This document shows, piece by piece, positions 50,268 through 59,969 of a stretch of DNA of 64,000 bases; the stretch's first letter is position 1, and every line of letters begins with the position of its first letter. Under the pieces are notes generated by a model that saw nothing but the letters and a program-made list of their open reading frames with translations, did not search any database and was not told where the DNA came from. The position numbers were made by a program, and so were the translations under genes. The DNA lies in NCBI RefSeq assembly GCF_032062105.1, contig NW_026920828.1, positions 186,001 through 250,000 of the forward strand. The letters are read 5' to 3'. The stretch is from Saccostrea cucullata (taxonomy: Eukaryota).

Positions 50268-50918
50268 ATGACAACAAAGAGTGACTTTCCAACCGGAAGA
50301 CGCAGCAGTGTGACTTTTAACCTAAATGATGAGGCCTTCCGGATCCGGACTCCCAGTATGGGAAAGAGAGAAAATCAACAGATCCGGGTGTCCAGTTCGG
50401 GAAAAGTGAAAACGGAATACGCCCAATCCGACACCAGCAGTGTAGTCTCCAGCTCACTTCCAAAGAAGTTCCACAAGCTTAAAGGACCAAATCGCCTGCA
50501 ACAGAATTTAGACCGGATCAAAAGTCCTAGTGGGTGTGTGCGACCTCAACATAATGTTAATTATGAAAATACGTACAAACTATCCCCGGATAAAAACACT
50601 GCTTTTGATGAATCAAAAATCTCAGAAATTATTGAACGCATTTTGTCAGAAAACCTTAAGGACGAATCATACAACCACGACGACTGTTTAAACTTGTGCG
50701 TCCGTCTTGCAGAATTGATTAAAGATGAGGTCAAAGCGACTGGAATTCCCAGATATAAATTGATTACACACGTTGTTATATTTGAAGACAAACGACAGGG
50801 TTTTCAATATGGTAGCCGGTGTCTCTGGAACCCTATCTTTGACAATTTTGCTACGGCATCGTACTCAGGGCCCGAATACAGGGCCGTGGGGGCATGTTTC
50901 GCCACTTACTATGACTAA
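50268..50918 (+). CDS. Tctex1 domain-containing protein, intronless, copy 2
   Basis: 216-aa ORF with YENTYKLSP, PRYKLITHV, SRCLWN..DNFATASY and FATYYD motifs. Confidence 0.9.
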   Translation: MTTKSDFPTGRRSSVTFNLNDEAFRIRTPSMGKRENQQIRVSSSGKVKTEYAQSDTSSVVSSSLPKKFHKLKGPNRLQQNLDRIKSPSGCVRPQHNVNYENTYKLSPDKNTAFDESKISEIIERILSENLKDESYNHDDCLNLCVRLAELIKDEVKATGIPRYKLITHVVIFEDKRQGFQYGSRCLWNPIFDNFATASYSGPEYRAVGACFATYYD

Positions 50919-51349
50919 CATGAGTCAGACCCAGTGAACCGGATGGACAGTCACTTTCCAATATACATGTATAACTTAACAGAACGGTACTAAAAGGGGG
51001 GCTTTAAAAGTCCCTTTAGAGTAACTGAGTATGTGAATGTTTTGTAAGGATAAAGACATTTATTTATTACCAAATAACACAATTAGAAGACAATTGTTAG
51101 CCTGTATAAAATTATTAAATATTGCTGGAATTCACGGAGAAGCCTACAATATAGTTAGAGAGAATTTACTGTAAATTGTTGCCTTTATATTGTATTGAAA
51201 TAAAAATGGTAATCAGTATTTCAAAAGTGCAAAATTGATATTTCGCTTCGACAAATGGAGAGGCGATCCGAGAGTACAATATTTCATTCAAAGAGACGTG
51301 TTTTTGTTTGTTTGTTTGTTTATCACCATTTACCACCATTGGTAATAAA

Positions 51350-52260
51350 ATATACTAACAGTTCCGGGTATCCAGCTCCTCTTGTCATTGTTACACTAAG
51401 CATGATGATTTCACTGCTGCCTAGCCTCTGTCAGTTGTCGACTCCGCGTACACCAGCTTTCAAGAAGGATGAAATGATGAAATCATTCCTAATTAAGGTC
51501 TACAACAAGCAGCTTCCCAACTGTTTTGTCTAAAAATAAATCCGCTTTCCCCGACTACAGGGAACAACTTCAATGTCTAACTCTTTTCCCTGCAAGCTGC
51601 ATACTTCAGACTCTTCCCGATGCGCCTCCATGGCAATGTCAACACTATGGCTACTGGGTTCTGATCTCATGCATTATCTAGTCTCAGAGGCTGTGAAAAC
51701 CATCTCCAGAAAGAAATCTTCTTTATAGATACACCCTGAGATTCCAGTCCCTCCTATGTCAAACACCGATGATTTCAATCTTCGCATGTTCGTCAGTCTA
51801 GTCCCCCCCCCGGCAAAGTTGAGGACGCCTGACTTCTAGCTGCTGTTGCTCTTTCCTGCTCTCTTCTTCACCGCGTCAAACAATTCCTTCGAGACGATAT
51901 GTCTCCGCCTGTATAAGCCGTGCATCAGTGTAAGTAATCGAGAACCCAGGTAAAAAGTGCATCATGATGGTCCCTTTTCCACAAATCTTGCATGCAGGAT
52001 CTTCAGAGAGCCGTAGCCTCCCTTTCGAGGAGACTGTATCGAACACAATTCACAGTAAAAACGCAATCCTGAGATGCTAGAGATCTTTTGCAAATCAGAT
52101 CATGTAATGTTGCATTGTTGAATCCCCCATCTCATCCAGGACTCCCCCCTGCTTACTATGTTCTACCGCGGCGCTCAATCTTTTGGCATCTTCAACTTCT
52201 TAACATCTCCATCAACATTGCTTTAGTTTCATGGTATCTCTCTGCCACTGATGGAGTGAT
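51350..52260 (-). mobile_element. Decayed 3' part of an RLE-type (HERO-like) non-LTR retrotransposon
   Basis: Fragmented - strand translation: LRIAFLL..FD, LSEDPACKICGKGT..H (zinc knuckle), LTLPW, KSLKYAACREK..LFPV..SGF (restriction-like endonuclease region). Many stops and frameshifts. Confidence 0.6.
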
Positions 52261-52279
52261 TTTTTTTAATTATTGTTGG

Positions 52280-53617
52280 ATCGTCTCTTGCAATTTTATT
52301 TTGAATTATTGACTTATTTGTCTCTTACAACTTCACTTTGAATTGTTAACTTATTCCTCTCTTGCAACTTCATTTTGAATTGTTAACTTATTCCTCTTGC
52401 AACTTCACTTTGAATTGTTAACTTATTCCTCTCTTGCAACTTCATTTTGAATTGTTAACTTATTCCTCTTGCAACTTCATTTTGAATTGTTAACTTATTC
52501 GTCTCTTGCAACTTCATTTTGAATTGTTCACTTATTCCTCTTGCAACTTCACTTTGAATTGTTAACTTATTCCTCTCTTGCAACTTCATTTTGAATTGTT
52601 AACTTATTCGTCTCTTGCAACTTCATTTTGAATTGTTAACTTATTCCTCTTGCAACTTCATTTTGAATTGTTAACTTACTTATTCATTTTGAATTGTTAA
52701 CTTATTCGTCTCTTGCAACTTCATTTTGAATTGTTAACTTATTCCTCTTGCAACTTTACTTTGAATTGTTAACTTATTTCTCTCTTGCAACTTCATTTTG
52801 AATTGTTAACTTATTCGTCTCTTGCAACTTCATTTTGAATTGTTAACTTATTCCTCTTGCAACTTCATTTTGAATTGTTAACTTATTCCTCTTGCAACTT
52901 CACTTTGAATTGTTAACTTATTCCTCTCTTACAACTTCATTTTGAATTGTTAACTTATTCCTCTTGCAACTTCATTTTGAATTGTTAACTTATTCCTCTT
53001 GCAACTTCATTTTGAATCGTTAACTTATTCCTCTTGCAACTTCATTTTGAATTGTTAACTTATACGTCTCTTGCAACTTCATTTTGAATTGTTAACTTAT
53101 TCCTCTCTTACAACTTCATTTTGAATTGTTAACTTATTCCTCTTGCAACTTCATTTTGAATTGTTAACTTATTCGTCTCTTGCAACTTCATTTTGAATTG
53201 CTAACTTATACGTCTCTTGCAACTTCATTTTGAATTGTTAACTTATTCGTCTCTTACAACTTCATTTTGAATTGTTAACTTATTCGTCTCTTGCAACTTC
53301 ATTTTGAATTGTTAACTTATTCGTCTCTTGCAACTTCATTTTGAATTGCTAACTTATACGTCTCTTACAACTTCATTTTGAATTGCTAACTTATTCCTCT
53401 TGCAACTTCATTTTGAATTGTTAACTTATTCCTCTTGCAACTTCATTTTGAACTGCTAACTTATACGTCTCTTGCAACTTCATTTTGAATTGTTAACTTA
53501 TTCCTCTTGCAACGTCATTTTGAATTGCTAACTTATTCCTCTTGCAACTTCATTTTGAATTGCTAACTTATACGTCTCTTGGAACTTCATTTTGAATTGC
53601 TAACTTATACGTCTCTT
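52280..53617. repeat. 35/37-bp minisatellite (~36 copies)
   Basis: Unit TTGAATTGTTAACTTATTC(GT)CTCTTGCAACTTCATT. Confidence 0.95.
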
Positions 53618-53651
53618 CTTCAGGACAGTCACCTTGATTTCTTTCAGTGGT

Positions 53652-56426
53652 TTAATCTTCATGCAAGCAGTATTCTGAAATAAAGCAAAGCCTATACAAT
53701 GTATGTCGATTGTATGCATGAGAATATAATTACTACGATATATCCATCAAACATATTAAAAAAAAAGTAAAAAGAAAACACAAAATCCTCAGTTAAGCTT
53801 TAGCGCTTTCATTTTCAATCTTCAGAAGCTTTGTATCATAGTAACAGTGATTATGACGTCATGTTAAGCGGAACGTTAAATGTCTGTTATGACGTCATAG
53901 ATACAATATGACAAAAGTACGGGAAAATCACAAGTAATTTATGAAACACTATTAAGTTTTGGCTGAAAAATACTAATAAAATGTTTTTTCTTTTTCCCGT
54001 CTTTGGATATCAGTTGCACAACTGAGTTTATAGAAAGGGAAAATTTTGAATTGTTTTTACCACACGCCTCCAGGTGCGAACTTAATTGAATTTGTCTGTA
54101 TTCGGGTGTACTAATGTGTTGCTTATGTACACGTACACGGGCACGGAGAGTGTTGCCGGTTTCACCAATATAATATTCCTTGCATCCAGGACATGTGATG
54201 ACATAAATGACATTTTTTGTATCGCATGACATGTTAACTTAAATTCACGCCCATTGAAATTATAGCTGGTCATTTTGTAATGTATTCACTGTACCGCATC
54301 GAGGGTTCTTACACTTAGAGACTGTATAAGTATGGTTTGAATTGAACAAAGTATTCTCTTTAGGTTTTTGGGTTGGCGTTTACTGTTGATAAAACGACAA
54401 TTTTTGTATACGTTTTTGTTTAACTTCCTCTCTAAGTACGTTGTTCAATTCATAAATAATTGAACTCACGTTTTGATTTCTCGGGTTATGCGTGTGCACA
54501 AATGGAATTATTTCAATTTTGTATGTTTAAAAGTAACTGACTTCTATCGCACTCCTCTTTCTTTATACCATTATCTACAAGTTGTTCTGGATATTTTTGG
54601 TTTAATAAATACAATTTTAATTCCTCCAGTCGAATATCCTTGATATTGGTATTACTCACAATGGTGCATATCCTTCTTGCGAGGTTATATGGTATAGCTG
54701 TTTTAGTGTAATGGGGATGGCTCGATCCAAAATGCCGATATTGGTGTGTGTCGGTTGTTTTATAGTAAATATCCGTATTTAAGGTATACCTTTACTCAGA
54801 TGACTAAACATTCCACTGATAAGAACGAAAAACAACCTATTGCACATTGTACAACTATGATTCTTGTGTTAAATTTCAATTTCAAATAACTAGGTCAATG
54901 ACCTCGTTTTCATGATAGTGGCCCTGTGTTTTTCTCGGGAAATACCTCAATTTTTCACACTATGACCAATTTTTTCTTCACTCACAAAATATTACAAGCA
55001 ACAAAGCTCTTTAAATAATGAAATATTATAGCAATGGAACAGAGTTGCTTTATATAAAGAAATGAGTAGAGTTTGGGTCATAAACGTGATAATTATTACA
55101 TCCGAATTTCCTCTGTCATATTTATATTTTTTTCCTATTTTTAATCAAATATTACAAAAATCTGAATGATAAGAACTCTAAATTATTTATAGCCTCAGGT
55201 TACTTTTGTTACCCTAATTCTCATGGTATTAATATTGTATGGGGTCAATGATCAAATTATTGAGATATGTTGTCTGGAGTGGTTTTTGTACATATTTTTT
55301 AATTTATTTATTTCATAGCATTCATTTATTTAAAATAATTTATGAGCTTAAACACATATAAAATTTGCAAAATGATGTCTTAAAATACATGTAACCTTTA
55401 CTTTGTGATTAACATTGCAAGAAATAAAAATTTTGACAAAAATCAAAAATTAAAAATTTAGTCCGAATTTCCTCTGCATAGCCATACATTGAGTTTAGCT
55501 CCTGTATATTTTCTTCAAGTACTAACATATTAAATTTTTAAATTGATATTGAGATAAAACTTAGTTATTTCATCCATTTAGAACAATTTTTTATTCAACA
55601 TTGTAAACTTTATAAAATTTCCTTTCTGATTTCTGAAACCTGAGTAAACGTCATCCTTAAGCTGGTATTATCCTTTGTTACAAGAACATCGATTACTTGT
55701 GATTTTCCCGTACTTTTGTCATATTGTATCTATGACGTCATAATAGACATTTAACGTTCCGCTTAACATGACGTCATAATCACTGTTACTATGATACTAT
55801 TGTAAGCTTCTGAAGATTGAAAATGAAAGCGCTAAAGCTTAACTGAGGATTTTTGTGTTTTCTTTTTACTTTTTTTAATATTGTTATCCGATTACTGATA
55901 CATTATTTAAATTTTATCCATCAAACATATATATATAGTACCTGCGGTTTGCAAATTCCTGATTTCAACTTTGTTCCTCTTGTTTCTCTTTCCGCAACAG
56001 ATTGTCGTAATTAAGCCTACTTTGGTAGTACGTCTATTATCTGAAAGATAAACAAGTTTTTAAAACATTTGAAAACCTTAATATAATCATGTAATTTTTA
56101 GCTTTTTTTTTGGGGGGGGGGGAGGGGGGTTGTACAAATTCATGAAATAAGAATCCAGCATTTTAAAGATGGGTTTGGACAGTAGTGAAAAAAGAATGAT
56201 ACAATCAATGTCTTGTTTTTTAAATATTTATTCATTTATTTTATTTGGTTAACCCCCTTTTTATAATTGTAAACATAAATGGTGCATAAAAATTATTTTT
56301 ACCTGTAGAATAATAAACAAATACATCTATAAAAAAACAACAAAAAAAAAACAAAAAAAAAAACGGACTGTCATACACGTTTAAAAATACCAGTATATTT
56401 CTCTAAAATATTTTTTTACCATCCAT
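53652..56426 (-). CDS. Candidate 4-exon microprotein gene (50 aa) divergent from DPY30
   Basis: Exons 56420-56426, 56303-56326, 55942-56040 and 53652-53674. All introns are canonical GT-AG and all phase 1. Spliced product: MDDVFVYYSTDNRRTTKVGLITTICCGKRNKRNKVEIRNLQTAEYCLHED*. No recognisable domain. Confidence 0.45.
54783..55656. mobile_element. TTAA-specific non-autonomous DNA transposon (Kolobok-like GG termini) inserted in the Penelope RT
   Basis: TTAA TSD at 54779-82 and 55657-60; TIRs GGTATACCTTTACTCAG / CTGAGTAAACGTCATCC. Removing it restores the RT reading DNTS-LN-TDIYYK. Confidence 0.8.
55803..55841 (+). ncRNA. Candidate minimal type I hammerhead ribozyme in the Penelope pLTR (second copy on the - strand at ~53795-53831)
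   Basis: TAAGCTT-CTGAAGA-ttgaaaat-GAAA-GCGC-TA-AAGCTTA: 7-bp helix I, conserved CUGANGA/GAAA core, palindromic AGCGCT stem III; weak helix II. Confidence 0.55.
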
Positions 56427-56597
56427 GATTTTTTATGAAAAGTTCTGAGTGTTATATAAAAAGTTATTTTTCTTAATAGTTGATTTTATTATTTTATTTT
56501 TAGTGTAGTTTTCACATGTTTCAGAGTTGTCCCTCTTTCTAGACAGGTGCACTCGCGGTAATTCACGAGATTACTATTGGCGACCATAACACTGAAA

Positions 56598-59340
56598 ATG
56601 GCGGACGGTAAAGTTTTGTTTGTACACAGACGCTTTTGTTATGTTTGATCGTATAATTTATGGATGTACAAGCGTTAAACCATTTAATGAAAAATTATAT
56701 ATACTATTCTTGTATTTAAATAATTGCCAAAGCCCATGTTAAATGTTTACTTGTGTAAAATTAATAGAAATTGTCGGCTCTTATAACCCGAGTTTCCTCA
56801 ATAATTGATGTGATATTCATACTTACGATTTCAGATCAAATCAACACAGGATCAGTTACCGGAAAACGTACAGGTAACAAAAGCGGGTCTTTGATCTCAT
56901 TTCTGTTCAGCAAACCAAGTCGAATGGGAACGACTTTACTTTACCGGTCCCCAGAAAAATGCGCTAAAATGTAGTGTCGCCGAAGGCGACTTCAGTATAT
57001 ATGAGATCGCGTGAGCGATCGAAAAAAATTTTAAATACGAGTTTTTTTTGGCCTTTTGACCCCAAAATTGGATTCTACGGTTAAAAGTTTAGTTTAAAAC
57101 TTTGTTTTTAAACAAAGTTTTTAACCTCGTTCTCTGAAAAAAATTAATAAACGTTGTTTATTCATGGAAAAAAATCGACAAAGAATATTTTGAACGAAGC
57201 GCGTGCGGCGCATGCTTAGTGTCATTTCTTTCGGACTTAGTCAATCTTCCATGTAAACAAACGAAAGAAATGCCTATGAATCTGAATAATGATCTTGGAA
57301 AAATTACAGAAACAACTAAATTTCTTAACTTAACAAAAAGAACGATTCACTAACCCTAATCCATCGTATGGTATGCAAGGACTAAGACGTTCAGACGAAA
57401 TCTCCCGGGCAGATGCTAAACTAACCCTAATCAGTCGAATAATGTGCGAGGATAACCCTAATCTCTGAACGCGAGACTAACCAAAAAGTGATACTAGTGC
57501 AAGGACTAACCCTAATCTCTCAGGTGGGTGCAAGACTAGGCCTTTATTAGTGTGCAAATTTAACCCATTTCGGTTGAGTGACGTAGTTGTTTCGTCACAG
57601 TCCAATGAGCGCGAGGATCTTGCGGATCTGGGGACCGGTAAAGTAAAGTCTACCCGTCGAATGAATGAAAGAAATGATCAGTTTTCGATATTTATTATTT
57701 TTTTTTAGAGTACTAAGAGCAAGAACAATTTACAAAAAAAAAAGCATAAACTATATGTACTATGTGGTTTGAAACAGCATTAGAAACAAAAATCTGAGAT
57801 TTCTTCTGTGTATATATAGTAGTAATTAAAGTACAAGAAGAGTCGAGCAAATGTCTTACAGAAGAGACAAAATTCATTTCAAACAGTCAAGACTCCTCTG
57901 AGTAATACTTGATATCGCGATTACTTAACTTAGCGGAACTCTTTCGCGAAGGAGGTAGGAATCGTCTGTTGGGTGGGGGCAATGTGCTTTTCAATACAAT
58001 GCAAGATCGGTCATTGTAGCATTTATAAGGACAGATAAGTAAAACATCCTGGTGGAATACCTCGCTAAACAATCGCTGAACCAGCCTAATATATTTTTGA
58101 GAGGAGCAAATCCTAAATTGTCACATTTTTAACGATATTTTTAATTAAGCGGACTCTTCTCGTTAAATTTTCATTGAAAATCGTCACATTTTTAAGCAGA
58201 TAAAATATTCTAACTTTCCTTATTTGACATTCTACTATTTGGAGTTCAATATCTGGCAAAACATCGTGATTTCGGCATTAAATTGTTCGAATCATTCGAT
58301 TGTCACTACTGTAAACAATGTCATTTGCCCCCAGAAATGTAGACTTTTCTCGACTCCCCCGCAAAAGAGCGGTAGTAAGTTAGATAACTGCGAGGTACTC
58401 ATTGGTAGTCGCGATATAACGTATTAAATGTGCTTATTAAGTTCTTGGTTTGAATTAAGGTACATTCATAAAATGTTGAAGAAAGGCTCACATTTTCTAT
58501 GCTTTAGCACCATGATCACTAGCCACTAACATATATTCACCTAGTCAATTCATGAGCCTGGAAAGCAAATGGATAGATCCAGGTAAAGCTAGGTGGATTT
58601 TCATGAATTATCACATTGGAATAAAAAAAAATCTGAATTATCTGTCCCTTGTTACTTTGCTGCATGACAAATACAAGAACAAATTCTTTTGTTTATTTGT
58701 GTTCATAAAACTTTAAAACATTCCATCTAAACAAAGGAAATAATAATTTTAAAGTTAATTTTGCACTAATGCTTAAGAAATACATGCTAGTCCTTAATGA
58801 TGAAAATTTACTCATATTGCCTGATTAAATTTCAGAAAATAATAACAAGTGAGAAAGAACTTCAGGAGAATCCCTCAAAGCGACCACGAGTTGACCTACA
58901 ATCTCTTCCTACCAGAGCGTATCTGGATACCACCGTAGTCCCCATACTGCTGAGTGGAATGTCGGTTCTAGCCAAAGAAAGGTAAAGAGTCTCAAATGAT
59001 CTCTCTCTGTATTTGAATGCGCGTTAAAAGTGTAAGAAAATTTTTATTTAGATTTACGAAAAAAAGTTTTGACTAGAAAACTGGAAAAAAATTGAATCAA
59101 AATTTAACTGATCACAGTGAAATAAGAAAATTGCTGGAATTTCAAGACTGTTTGAATTTTTTATTCACTTCAGACATGAAATACACTTGTAAGTAAAAAC
59201 TAAAGAGAAAAATTTTAAAAATAAAATAAGAAGAATTTAAAGCCAAAAAGTTTTAAATGTGTTTTTTTTTTTCCAGACCACCTAACCCTATAGAATACCT
59301 CGCAGCCTATTTATTGAAGAACAAAAATCAGTTTGAATGA
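56598..59340 (+). CDS. DPY30: Protein dpy-30 homolog (COMPASS/H3K4 methyltransferase complex subunit)
   Basis: Exons 56598-56607, 56835-56873, 58836-58981 ([31 protein letters not shown]) and 59277-59340 ([20 protein letters not shown]); AATAAA at ~59433. The exon1/exon2 phase is off by one base. Confidence 0.93.
56927..57655. mobile_element. MITE with 8-bp TSD and GG termini in a DPY30 intron
   Basis: TIRs GACTTTACTTTACCGGTCCCCAGA / TCTGGGGACCGGTAAAGTAAAGTC; TSD GTCGAATG at 56919-26 and 57656-63. Confidence 0.8.
57904..58426. mobile_element. Possible degenerate MITE
   Basis: Imperfect inverted ends TAATACTTGATATCGCGATTAC / GTAGTCGCGATATAACGTATTA. Confidence 0.4.
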
Positions 59341-59969
59341 GAGAGGGGATATCATCAGGGGTAGATTACTCTCTCTAGACATTGTTATTATTCATGTTAT
59401 TTGTGTCAGGTGTACTCTTTTATGTCATTGTAAATAAACAGGAAAACACATCATATTCACTTGTTTATTGTTAATACATACCAGGATCAGGTTGCACAAC
59501 AATAGGACTAAATGCTAGAAAAAATTCATGGAGACTCTGATATGATGATCATTGTTAAAGTGCTTCTTTTGAACAGAATTTTCCTCCTACAGGGCCGTCA
59601 CCATATTTCAGAAAAGGGAGGGGTGTTGGATTTAAAAAAAAAATGTAATGGATATCAGATAAACAAAATAATGGAGCATTACCTGAATCACGCGAATAAT
59701 AAATAATTTTGCGAAAAGATATATACAAGTTTTGTTTGTTTGTTTTTTATGGAATTTAAGGTGCAAGAAATGTTGACAATGAATTTGAAAGATTCGTAAA
59801 ATACAGCTTTTAGAACAAAATATTTCAAGAATTATGAATATCAAAGTAAAGAAAATTAAGAGTAGAATAGTCAATTTGGTGATAGTTTCCATCTCTCCGT
59901 TGGTATTATCCTAACTTTTATAGGACTCGTGTTTTATATTCATTGATTGTAAACAGACTCAAATGCATA

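Larger units (their letters stand above)
53757..55914 (-). mobile_element. 5'-truncated Penelope-like retroelement with inverted pseudo-LTRs
   Basis: GIY-YIG ORF 53939-54232 (NVIYVITCPGC..YIGETG.TLRAR...H); RT C-terminus (DVLVTK..LNTDIYYKTTDTHQY..F.SSHP...AIPYNLARR); ~185-bp inverted repeats at 53753-53938 and 55692-55881; 16-bp direct repeat TATCCATCAAACATAT at 53741-53756 and 55915-55930. Confidence 0.9.

Noticed and set aside
16664-59340. Functional cluster linking the H3K4-mimic HLTF with nearby DPY30 (COMPASS)
   Set aside because: The genes are 40 kb apart with unrelated genes between them. Proximity in an animal genome is not evidence of a shared pathway.
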